A stretch of DNA of 64,000 nt, from contig JACJWR010000002.1 of assembly GCA_020637055.1 (NCBI GenBank), forward strand, positions 143,802 to 207,801. Direction: 5' to 3'. The notes beneath the pieces are model-generated. The model made no database searches. It saw nothing but the letters and a program-made list of their open reading frames with translations, and was not told the origin of the DNA. Origin of the DNA: Actinomycetota bacterium. GTDB taxonomy: Bacteria; Actinomycetota; Actinomycetes; S36-B12; UBA10799. The first letter of the stretch is position 1. Each line of letters begins with the position of its first letter. The position numbers and the translations under genes were made by a program. This document shows positions 31,705 through 42,360 of this stretch, piece after piece.

Positions 31705-32955
31705 ATGATCCGGTTGCCGTCACCGCCCGCACCGGCGGATGGGGACGCCGCTGCCCAGTGGGTCCGCAGTCACCTCGGGGACCTGTGCTGCGACACGGCG
31801 ACTGCCAGCCCCGCGTTCGTAGGCGGTCAGGCCGCCGCGGATCGTGCATTGTCGGAGTTCGACGTTCGCGGCTACGCCGCCGGCCGGAACGAAGTCTGGC
31901 CGGCGACTCGACGCGCCGCCTCCAAGCTGAGCCCCTACATCCGGCACGGCCTGCTGCCGCTGCCCCTGGTGTGGGAGCACGTGGAGTCGGGTCCTGGAAG
32001 GGACGTGGACAAGTTCCGCGAGGAATTGCTCTGGCAGGAATATGCCCGGCACCTCTACGCCAGGGTGGGTGCCGGGAACGCCCGGCCGCTGCGCTACGAA
32101 CCGCAGTCGACCGGCGTCGAATCAGTGTCCGATCTGCCCGACATGGCGTGCCTGCGGATGGTGACCGCCGAACTCGAATCCGACGGGTGGCTGGTGAACC
32201 AGGCGCGGATGTGGTTCGCCTCCCACTGGACGGTGCGCAACGGCTGGGACTGGCGCCGCGGTGAGGACTACTTCTTCCGGCACCTTCTCGACGGCTCCCG
32301 TGCCGCGAACCGCTTGGGATGGCAGTGGACCGCCGGGATGGCCACCGGTAGGCCGTACGGCTTCTCGCAGTACCAGGTGCGCACCCGGGCGCCGGGGTTG
32401 TGCTCCACCTGCCAATTGCAGAGCCGCTGTCCGATCGGTTCGCGGCCCGAACCGGCCCCACTTGATCCCGTGCCCGAGGTGATTGTCGGTCCGGTGTCCG
32501 ATGAACACGCGATGGCTATCGCGGGACCTCACCGGACGATATCCACCACCACACCGGAAGCCGTGTGGGTCACGGCGGAATCGATCGGCGCAGCCGATCC
32601 GGCCGTGCTGGCGAATCCGGCGCTCCCGGTGGTATTCGTGTTCGACGAGCCGATGCTGCGGCGTCTGCGGTTGAGCGGTAAGCGCCTGGTGTTCCTCGCC
32701 CAGTGTCTGGCCGATCTCGCAACGTGGCGTGACCTCGAGGTGTGGCGGGGCGATCCCGTCGAGGTGCTCGCCGGACGTGCACTCGCGGCGACTCACACAC
32801 CAGTTCCCGGTTGGCGGCGTCGCAGTGCTCGTCTGCTGCTCGCCCAGGTGCATCCATGGCCTTGGTTGGTCACCCCCGACAGCGGCAGCCTGGCGTCCTT
32901 CAGCACTTGGCGTCGACGGCTTCAGACCGTCCAACCGCGCCGCGCCCGGCGGTAG
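31705..32955 (+). CDS. Cryptochrome/photolyase-family FAD-binding protein with atypical domain order
   Basis: Residues ~40-250 align by eye to the photolyase FAD domain (LSPYIRHGLL, ELLWQEYARHLY, NQARMWFASHW, DWRRGEDYFFRHLLDGSRAANRLGWQWTAG). Residues ~270-400 resemble the photolyase N-terminal alpha/beta domain (AVWVTAESIGAADPAL…VVFVFDEPMLRRLRLSGKRLVFLAQCLADL…LEVWRGDPVEVL). Confidence 0.65.
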   Translation: MIRLPSPPAPADGDAAAQWVRSHLGDLCCDTATASPAFVGGQAAADRALSEFDVRGYAAGRNEVWPATRRAASKLSPYIRHGLLPLPLVWEHVESGPGRDVDKFREELLWQEYARHLYARVGAGNARPLRYEPQSTGVESVSDLPDMACLRMVTAELESDGWLVNQARMWFASHWTVRNGWDWRRGEDYFFRHLLDGSRAANRLGWQWTAGMATGRPYGFSQYQVRTRAPGLCSTCQLQSRCPIGSRPEPAPLDPVPEVIVGPVSDEHAMAIAGPHRTISTTTPEAVWVTAESIGAADPAVLANPALPVVFVFDEPMLRRLRLSGKRLVFLAQCLADLATWRDLEVWRGDPVEVLAGRALAATHTPVPGWRRRSARLLLAQVHPWPWLVTPDSGSLASFSTWRRRLQTVQPRRARR

Positions 32956-33848
32956 TAGTACATCCCGGCCAGCACTGCCGCGATGGCGAGCAGCACGGTT
33001 AGCACGGCGCTGCCCTCCACGCCGAAGGATCCACCCGAGACCGTCGCCGAGGCCTCACCGGTGGGCGCCATGAACAGCAGCGAGTTGTTCATGCCTTGGC
33101 CGCTCACCGGGATACCCAATACGTTGCCCTGGCACCAATTCCAGCCGGCATGCCACCCGCACACCAGCCAGAGGGATCCCTGCCCCAGAGCCAGGTAGCC
33201 GAGGAAAATGCCGACGAGGATGATGTTCGCCAGCGCCACAATGCTGAAGTCGCCGGGGTTGGCCGCGTGGCTCACCCCGAAGAGTGCTGCCTGCAGAGCC
33301 ATCGCCCATCCCAGCCGCATGCGCAGCGCCGAGGTCTGCAGCAGGAAACCGCGATACCAGATCTCCTCAGCGGAACCCTGGATCGCGAATCCGATCAGCA
33401 GCAGCGCGACCGCAGCCAGCGCCGCGAAGCCCGAGGTCGCCGCAGCAGGCGGTTCGGAGCGTCCATAGGCGCCCAACAGCACGAGGATCCCGGTCACTGC
33501 CGCCAGCGATGCGGCGCCGGTGACGATCCCGATGCCGAACCGGGCCCAACCGGCAGCGATCGGACCCAGGAAGCCGACGGAGGCGAAACTGCGACCCTCT
33601 TTGAATCGCAGCCAGGCGGCCAGTAGCAGGATTCCGGCCAAGAACGACCAGGTGAAGACGAGTTGGTAGGCCAGCGAGCCGGCTTCGAAGGCAAGTCCCG
33701 CACTGCCGACAAGTCCGGTGGCTAGTAGGGCTACGAGCACCACCAGGATGGCGCCCCACCAACTGGTCGGTCGCCTGCTGCCGCGTGCCGCGGTGACCAG
33801 CGGGCTGCGTAGGTCGGCTGTAGTGGCCGGTGGGTGCTGGACTGCCAT
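32922..33848 (-). CDS. CPBP-family intramembrane glutamic endopeptidase (second copy in the window)
   Basis: Polytopic protein with motif 1 EExxxR (AEEIWYRG) and motif 2 FxxxH (FGVSHA). Its 3' end overlaps the convergent photolyase-like gene by 34 nt. Confidence 0.7.
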   Translation of the reverse strand: MAVQHPPATTADLRSPLVTAARGSRRPTSWWGAILVVLVALLATGLVGSAGLAFEAGSLAYQLVFTWSFLAGILLLAAWLRFKEGRSFASVGFLGPIAAGWARFGIGIVTGAASLAAVTGILVLLGAYGRSEPPAAATSGFAALAAVALLLIGFAIQGSAEEIWYRGFLLQTSALRMRLGWAMALQAALFGVSHAANPGDFSIVALANIILVGIFLGYLALGQGSLWLVCGWHAGWNWCQGNVLGIPVSGQGMNNSLLFMAPTGEASATVSGGSFGVEGSAVLTVLLAIAAVLAGMYYYRRARRGWTV

Positions 33849-33955
33849 GCCGCGAAACTAGCAGCATGGTGGCCAAAGTCACCCCCGCTTCGGGATCAGC
33901 AGGAATGGTGCGCGGATACACTGGAAAGGCACACACCCACCTCATTGGAGCCTAC

Positions 33956-35539
33956 GTGTCGAAGCCAGTCGTCCTGATCGCCGAAGAACTCTCCCCAGCC
34001 ACCATCTCAGCGCTCGGCCCGGACTTCGAGGTGCGCCACTGTGACGGCTCCGACCGCGCGGAACTGCTTCCCGCCATCGCCGATGTCGATGCGATTCTCA
34101 TTCGTTCGGCAACCAAAGTCGACGCTGAGGCCCTGGCGGCGGCCAAGAACCTCAAGGTGGTCGCCCGTGCTGGCGTCGGACTCGACAACGTCGATGTCTC
34201 CGAGGCCACCCAGCGCGGAGTCATGGTGGTCAACGCGCCGACCTCCAACATCGTCAGTGCGGCCGAACTCGCGGTCGGTCTGCTGATTGCCAGCGCTCGG
34301 AACATCAGTCCGGCGCATGCGGCGCTGCGTCAGGGGGAGTGGAAGCGTTCGAAGTACTCCGGCGTGGAACTGGCCGACAAAACCGTCGGCGTCGTCGGTC
34401 TGGGCAGGATCGGACTGCTGGTCGCCCAACGACTCAGCGCATTCGGCGTCAAACTGATCGCCTACGACCCCTTCGTGAGGCCGACCAGGGCCGCCCAACT
34501 CGGCGTCAGGATGGTGGAACTCGACGAATTGCTCGAGCAGAGCGATTTCATCACCGTGCACCTGCCCAAGAACAAGGACACCCTCGGACTCATCGGCGAC
34601 GAGGCGCTGCGCAAGGTGAAGCCGACGGTGCACATCGTCAACGCCGCCCGAGGCGGAATCGTGGACGAGGCCGCCTTGTACGAGGCGCTGGTGGATGGGC
34701 GAGTGGCGGGAGCGGGTCTCGACGTCTACGCCAAAGAGCCCTGCACCGATTCGCCACTGTTCGGGTTGGACAACGTCGTGGCCACACCGCACCTCGGTGC
34801 TTCCACCGATGAGGCGCAGGAGAAGGCAGGTGTGGCGGTGGCCAAGTCCGTTCGTCAGGCGTTGGCCGGCCAGCTCGTGCCGGATGCCGTCAACGTTCGC
34901 GGCGGAGTCATCGCCGAGCCGGTGCGGCCGTTCCTCGACCTGACGGAGAACCTCGGCAGGCTGGCCACCGCCCTGGCGCCCGCCCCGGTGTCCCGGGTGG
35001 ACGTCGAGGTGCTCGGCGAGTTGGCCGAATTCGACGTCAGCATCCTGGAGTTGGCGGCCGTGAAAGGCATGTTCTCGGTGCTCATCGACGAGCCCGTCAG
35101 CTACGTCAACGCACCGGTTCTGGCCGGCGATCGCGGCGTCGAAACCTCGCTGGCCACCGAAGGTGAATACGACGATCACCGCGCCCTGGTGAAGGTTGGC
35201 GTGTCGTGCTCGGACGGCTGCCGACTGTCGGTGGCGGGCACCGTGGTGGGCCTGCGCGACGAACCCAAGCTGGTGGAGATCGACGATGCTGCAGTGGACG
35301 TGCCGGTCAGCGAGCACATGCTGGTGTTCCGCTATCCGGACAAGCCGGGTGTGGTGGGGATGGTCGGCGGAGGCCTCGGCGACGCCGGTGTGAACATCGC
35401 CAACATGCAGGTGAGCCGAACCGACGACGCCGTCACCATGGTGCTCAGCGTCGACTCGACCGTCAGCGACGACGTGGTGGAGACCATCGCGGCCGGCATC
35501 GACGCCAGCATCGGTCGAGCCGTCGACCTCGCCGAATAG
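33956..35539 (+). CDS. serA: D-3-phosphoglycerate dehydrogenase (long type with ASB and ACT domains)
   Basis: VSKPVVLIAEELSP… N-terminus, NAD motif VGVVGLGRIGLLVAQRL, catalytic …ATPHLGAST…, and a C-terminal ACT domain. GTG 33956 is preceded by GGAG. Confidence 0.93.
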   Translation: MSKPVVLIAEELSPATISALGPDFEVRHCDGSDRAELLPAIADVDAILIRSATKVDAEALAAAKNLKVVARAGVGLDNVDVSEATQRGVMVVNAPTSNIVSAAELAVGLLIASARNISPAHAALRQGEWKRSKYSGVELADKTVGVVGLGRIGLLVAQRLSAFGVKLIAYDPFVRPTRAAQLGVRMVELDELLEQSDFITVHLPKNKDTLGLIGDEALRKVKPTVHIVNAARGGIVDEAALYEALVDGRVAGAGLDVYAKEPCTDSPLFGLDNVVATPHLGASTDEAQEKAGVAVAKSVRQALAGQLVPDAVNVRGGVIAEPVRPFLDLTENLGRLATALAPAPVSRVDVEVLGELAEFDVSILELAAVKGMFSVLIDEPVSYVNAPVLAGDRGVETSLATEGEYDDHRALVKVGVSCSDGCRLSVAGTVVGLRDEPKLVEIDDAAVDVPVSEHMLVFRYPDKPGVVGMVGGGLGDAGVNIANMQVSRTDDAVTMVLSVDSTVSDDVVETIAAGIDASIGRAVDLAE

Positions 35540-35576
35540 CCCAACGGATCATGGGTCCCGGACCCTGGACGACCCG

Positions 35577-35990
35577 ATGACAGAGGCCGATGCCCGGCAC
35601 GCCACCGGCGAGCAGTTGGCACTGCTCGCTATGGGAGCCGACGTGCCGCCGGAGGTGGCCGCCCATGTCCGCCGATGCGGTCAGTGCACGCGCGAGGAGT
35701 CAATCGTGCGATCGCTGTTGAACGCCGACGGCCCAGATACGACGAATGTGAGAGACGACGATGAATCGAACGACGAGCCCCCGCCCGCTGCCCTTACTGC
35801 GATGGCCGACACCGCCCCGGGCCGGGACGCCGGCGACCCCGAATCGCCGGAGCCGGATCTGGACCCGTCCAGCGACACCCGCGGCGCCGAGCACACGGGC
35901 CGAAACCGGCCGGGGTTCAATCCACTGGTGGCGGCCCTCGTCATAGCTGTCGGCTTCGCCGTGGTCCTGCTGCTATTACTGAGGTCATGA
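35577..35990 (+). CDS. Hypothetical single-pass membrane protein with N-terminal zf-HC2 (anti-sigma-like) motif
   Basis: HVRRCGQC fits H-x3-C-x2-C. It is followed by an acidic low-complexity linker and a C-terminal TM segment (LVAALVIAVGFAVVLLLLL). No sigma-factor gene is adjacent. Confidence 0.5.
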   Translation: MTEADARHATGEQLALLAMGADVPPEVAAHVRRCGQCTREESIVRSLLNADGPDTTNVRDDDESNDEPPPAALTAMADTAPGRDAGDPESPEPDLDPSSDTRGAEHTGRNRPGFNPLVAALVIAVGFAVVLLLLLRS

Positions 35991-36493
35991 CCCAGCCCGA
36001 CCGCGCGACTGCGCAGGCAACCAGCCCCCGACCAGCCCTGTACTTGATGATCGCCACGTATGTGGTTGGTGGCGTCGGAATCTTCCTCGGCTTCCGGGAA
36101 CTCTCCGCCGATCCGCCGTCCCTCTCGGTGGCCACCCTGCTGGCGGTCGGGGGCGCGGGCATCTTGTCCTTCGTGCGGCATTCGATCTTCCACGAATCCG
36201 ATGCCGCCCGACTCGGGTGGGGGATCGGCCGACGGAACAATTTCCAGATCGAGGTCGGTCTGGCCAACCTCGCGTGGGGCCTGCTGGCCATTCTCGCGGT
36301 TGTGCTCGACTGGGGTCTGGCCGTGCAGGCGAGTTCCTTCTTGGTGTTCGGCTTCTACATCACCTCCGTCGGCATCATGCTCCTGCTGACCCCACCGGAC
36401 GATCGCACCCGGCCATGGCGCCAGGTGGTGCTGATGTGGGCATTCGGCATCATGCTGCTCTGGATCGGCTTCGCCGGCATGGCTGCGGCCTGA
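35987..36493 (+). CDS. Hypothetical integral membrane protein (about 4-5 TM)
   Basis: Hydrophobic segments run throughout. Its ATG overlaps the stop of the preceding gene (ATGA), suggesting a two-gene unit. I recognise no family. Confidence 0.5.
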   Translation: MTQPDRATAQATSPRPALYLMIATYVVGGVGIFLGFRELSADPPSLSVATLLAVGGAGILSFVRHSIFHESDAARLGWGIGRRNNFQIEVGLANLAWGLLAILAVVLDWGLAVQASSFLVFGFYITSVGIMLLLTPPDDRTRPWRQVVLMWAFGIMLLWIGFAGMAAA

Positions 36494-36567
36494 TCAACAG
36501 CCCCTGATCGAGCGCAGTAGGCGGGCCGCACGCCCACCCCTGCGGGCAGTCGTGCCGCCTCGCGTCG

Positions 36568-38502
<1,935 letters not shown>

Positions 38503-38510
38503 CTAGATCC

Positions 38511-39452
38511 GTGGCATCTTCCTACCGCATCGCAGTCATCCCCGGCGACGGCATCGGCACCGAGGTGGTAGCCGAAGGGCTCAAGGTCCTCGCCGCCGCC
38601 GGCGAACGCTTCGGTATCGAATTCGAGACCGACGACTACGACCTGGGTGCCGCGCGCTACAACGCGACGGGGGAGGTGCTGCCCGACAGTGAGCTCGAAG
38701 ACATCCGCACCTACGACGCGATCCTGCTCGGCGCCGTCGGCGACCCCAGCGTGCCTCCGGGCGTACTCGAGCGGGGGCTGCTGCTCAAGCTGCGTTTCAG
38801 TCTCGACCATCACGTGAACCTGCGACCGGTGAAGCTCTACCCCGGCGTGGCCACTCCGCTGGCGGGCAAGGGGCCCGAGCACATCGACATGGTCGTGTGC
38901 CGGGAGGGCACCGAGGGTCCGTACGTCGGTGCGGGCGGTGCCATGCGGGTCGGTACCCCGCAGGAGATCGCAGTGGAGGAGAGCCTCAACACCCGGTTCG
39001 GGGTCGAGCGAATCGTGCGGGACGCGTTCGCTCGCGCGAGCCGCCGTCGCGGCAAGGTCACCCTGGTGCACAAGACCAACGTGCTGACCAACGCCGGATC
39101 GCTGTGGCAGCGCACCTTCAACGAGGTGGCCGCTGAATTCGACGACATCGAGACCGACTACTGCCACATCGACGCCGCGAGCATGTTCTTCCTCACCTCG
39201 CCTGAGCGCTTCGACGTCGTCGTCACGGACAACCTGTTCGGCGACATCCTCACCGACATCGGCGCCGCGATCGCTGGTGGCATCGGTCTGTCCGCGAGCG
39301 GAAACCTCGACGTGACTGCAGCGAATCCGAGTATGTTCGAGCCTGTGCACGGTTCGGCACCCGACATCGCCGGGCAGGGCAAGGCCGATCCGACGGCGAC
39401 GGTCCTGAGTGTGGCGATGATGCTGGACCACCTGGAAGCGCGAAGCCTCTGA
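38511..39452 (+). CDS. leuB: 3-isopropylmalate dehydrogenase (3' end apparently frameshifted; conceptual end about 39563)
   Basis: [20 protein letters not shown]… N-terminus and the [19 protein letters not shown] motif. The ORF stops at …[10 protein letters not shown], about 35 codons short. The expected tail (KAVEAVVA…, DLESR, RSTSEIGDDLASAVALGAS*) is readable in the other two frames downstream. Confidence 0.9.
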   Translation: MASSYRIAVIPGDGIGTEVVAEGLKVLAAAGERFGIEFETDDYDLGAARYNATGEVLPDSELEDIRTYDAILLGAVGDPSVPPGVLERGLLLKLRFSLDHHVNLRPVKLYPGVATPLAGKGPEHIDMVVCREGTEGPYVGAGGAMRVGTPQEIAVEESLNTRFGVERIVRDAFARASRRRGKVTLVHKTNVLTNAGSLWQRTFNEVAAEFDDIETDYCHIDAASMFFLTSPERFDVVVTDNLFGDILTDIGAAIAGGIGLSASGNLDVTAANPSMFEPVHGSAPDIAGQGKADPTATVLSVAMMLDHLEARSL

Positions 39453-39559
39453 AGGCCGTGGAGGCGGTAGTCGCCAGGATCTGGAATCGCGCAGCCAGCA
39501 GAGCGGAGTACTAGCGAGATCGGCGATGACCTGGCTTCCGCCGTCGCCCTGGGAGCGTC

Positions 39560-40640
39560 ATGAGCAGGCACGGCATCACGATCACCACACCGCCACGCCC
39601 ACCACCGAAGACGGCCTCAGTCGGATCCTGAACAATCCGGGGTTCGCCAAGTTCCGGTCGACCACATGGTCCGTGCGGTGTACCGCGACGGTCGTTGGAG
39701 TCCGCCGGAGATCGTCCCTATGCGCCGCTGGTGCTCGACCAGCCACCAATTCACTGCACTATGGGCAGAGCGTGTTCAGAAGGGCTCAAAGGCGTACCGT
39801 CTCGCCGACGGCAGGTCGCACTCTTCCGCCCCGAACGCAACGCGGCCAGATTCAACCGCTCGGCAGCCAGGCTTGCGATGCCCGAAATCCCAGAGGACAT
39901 GTTCGTCTCGGGTGTCGAGGCCTTGTCAGTCTCGGAGCCGATGGGTTCCCGAGGATGCTGAACGTTCGCTCTACGTTCGACCGTTCATGCTCGGGACCGG
40001 GTCGACTCGGAGTTCGCCCGCGAACGAATACACCTTTCTGATCATGGCCGCGCCGGCAGGGCCTACTTCTCCGGGGCATCACCCGGTCTCGGTGTGGCTC
40101 ACCGACGACTACGTGCAGGCCGCGCCAGGCACCGGCGAAGCGAAGTGCGCAGGCAACTACGCGGCCTCCTGCTCGCCCAGGCCGAGGCCGCCGAACAGCT
40201 GCGACCAGGTGGTGTGGCTCGATGCCGCCGAGCGGTTGTGGATCGAAGAGATGGGCAGGATGAACCTCTTCTTCGTCTACGGCGAAGGTCCGCACGCGGT
40301 TGCTCCACCGGCGCTGACCGAACCCTGCTGCCGGGGATCACCCGGGAATCGCTGCTCACGCTCGCCGCCGACCTCGGCGGCACGACGACGTGGGTGAGGG
40401 CCGGATCAACCCGATGAATGGCGGGAGGGTTGCGGTCCAGTGAGATCACTGGTGTTCGCGTGCGGCACCGCGGCCGTGATCACCCCGTCGGATCGGTACA
40501 GTCCCGCAGCCACAGTTGGGAAGTCGGTGACGGCTCCCCGGGTCCGATCGCGATGCGCTTGCGGCAATCGCTCCTGGACATCAGACCGGACGGGCTCCGG
40601 ACCGGCACGGCTGGGTGCGCCAATTTCCTGACCTCGTCGT
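39560..40640 (+). pseudogene. ilvE: Branched-chain-amino-acid aminotransferase, reading frame interrupted by many frameshifts
   Basis: BCAT-like segments are scattered over all three + frames in the correct order: MSRHGITITTPP / ILNNPGFAKF / DHMVRAVYRDGRWSPPEIVP / YAPLVLDQPPI / SLHYGQSVF / EGLK / KAYRLADGR / VALFRPERNAARFNRSAARLAMPEIPEDMF / WVPEDAERSLYVRPFMLGTGS / LGVRP / ANEYTFLIMAAPAG / AYFSG / PVSVWLTDDYV…GEAKCAGNYAAS / LLAQAEAAEQ / CDQVVWLDAAERLWIEEMG.MNLFFV / LLPGITRESLLTLAADLG / VFACGTAAVITP / PIAMRLRQSLLDI / HGWVRQF. The 3' boundary is approximate. Confidence 0.8.
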
Positions 40641-40725
40641 GGCCGCGGGCCGGACACGACGGGGTTGGACTCGGCAACTACGGCCCGATCTCTCGGTCCA
40701 CACCACCACACCCATTGGATGGACA

Positions 40726-42360
40726 ATGTCGGCGCAATACCCGCAGTTCCCCGGTGACCGACTTCGATCCGCGGCCACGGATTCCAATTGTTCGACACCA
40801 CGCTGCGCGACGGCGCCCAGCGCGAGGGTATCTCGTTCTCGGTGGAGGACAAGCTCGCCATTTCCCGGCTGCTCGACGAGTACGGAGTCGGCTTCATCGA
40901 GGGCGGCTGGCCCGGAGCCATGCCCAAGGACACCGAGTTCTTCGCCCGGGCAGCCTCCGAACTCAAGTTGCGCAACGCAACCCTGGTCGCGTTCGGTGCC
41001 ACCCGCAAGGCCGGCGTCGCGGTCGCCGACGATGCGCAGGTGGCCGCTCTGCTCGCGTCCCAGGCGCCGGTGATCACATTGGTGGCCAAGTCCGACATAC
41101 GCCACGTCCACGAGGCGCTGCGGACCAACGGCGAGGAGAACATCGCCATGGTCACGGACACCGTGGAGCACCTGATCGCCGCGGGCCGACGGGTGTTCGT
41201 CGACTGCGAGCACTTCTTCGACGGGTACAAGCACGATGCCGATTACGCGGTGTCGGTGGTGCGTGCCGCACTTCGATGCCGGGGCCGAAGCGGCAGTGAT
41301 GTGTGACACCAACGGCGGAATGCTGCCCTCTGGAATCACGCGCATCGTCAGCGACGTGCGCTCGCGGGTGCAAGGACGACTCGGGATCCACTGCCAGGAC
41401 GACACCGGCTGCGCGGTAGCCAACACCATCGCTGCCGTCGAAGCCGGCGCGACACATGCGCAATGCACCGCCAATGGCTACGGAGAACGCACCGGCAACG
41501 CCGATCTGTTCGTGGTGGTGGCGAACCTGGAACTCAAACTGGGGTTGAAGGTCCTGCCTGCCGATCACCTGCGGGAGTCCCTGCGCATCTCGCATGCGAT
41601 CGCGGAGATCGCCAACATCGCCCCGGACACCCACCAGCCGTATGTCGGTGTGAGTTCGTTTGCGCACAAAGCGGGTCTGCACGCCAGCGCACTGAAGGTC
41701 AACTACGACCTGTACAACCATGAGGACGCATCGGTGGTCGGCAACGACATGCGGGTGTTGGTGACCGAGATGGCCGGTCGCGCGTCCGTGGAACTCAAAG
41801 GCAAGGAGCTCGGCTATGACCTGTCCGGCGATCCGGCGCTGCTGGGAAGGGTCGTGGACCGGGTCAAGGACCTCGAATCGCAGGGCTGGACGTTCGAGGC
41901 CGCTGATGCCTCGTTCGAACTGCTGGTGCGCAACGCGCTGGGCGAATCCGTGCGCGGCTTCTCGGTGGAATCTTGGCGGGCCATCGTCGAGCAGCGCGAA
42001 GACGGCGAGGTGTTGAGCGAAGCCACCGTGAAGGTGCACGCCGGCGGCGAGCGCATCGTCGCCACCGGCGAGGGGAACGGCCCGGTGAACGCGCTCGACA
42101 AGGCGCTCCGGCTGGCGCTGTCCCAGATCTATCCGGAGCTCGACGACATCACCCTGGCGGACTACAAGGTGCGTATCGTCGAAGGAGTGCGGGGCACCGA
42201 TGCCGTCACCCGCGTCCTGGTGGGGTCGGAGGACGGTAGCGCCTACTGGACCACCGTCGGCGTGCACGACAACGTCGTCGCGGCATCCTGGATGGCGCTG
42301 CAGGACGCCATCGACTTCGGTTTGCTCCGTCGCGGCAGGCTGGGAGGATCGCAGACGTGA
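40726..42360 (+). pseudogene. cimA: (R)-citramalate synthase / LeuA-like HMGL-family synthase, interrupted by one clear and one probable frameshift
   Basis: …FQLFDTTLRDGAQREGISFSVEDKL…DYAVSVVRAA (frame of 40788) continues as …FDAGAEAAVMCDTNGGMLP…HCQDDTGCAVANT…GERTGNADL… (frame of 41236) through to the stop at 42360, with the junction at about 41268-41272. Upstream, a plausible ATG at 40726 with GGATGGA is in the frame of 41236, implying a further shift near 40750-40785; the TTG at 40788 is the alternative start. Confidence 0.8.

Noticed and set aside
36494-36567. Possible bidirectional terminator between the convergent membrane-protein gene and leuA
   Set aside because: I could find only short, imperfect complementary segments (GGCGG…GCACG / CGTGC…CGCC) and no U-tract. 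This is insufficient to call.
39526-40631. Treating the individual ORFs 39526..40041, 39666..40397, 39695..39961, 40094..40417 and 40440..40631 as separate small genes
   Set aside because: Each contains only short islands of aminotransferase similarity separated by nonsense-like sequence. Together they tile one ilvE gene across shifting frames.
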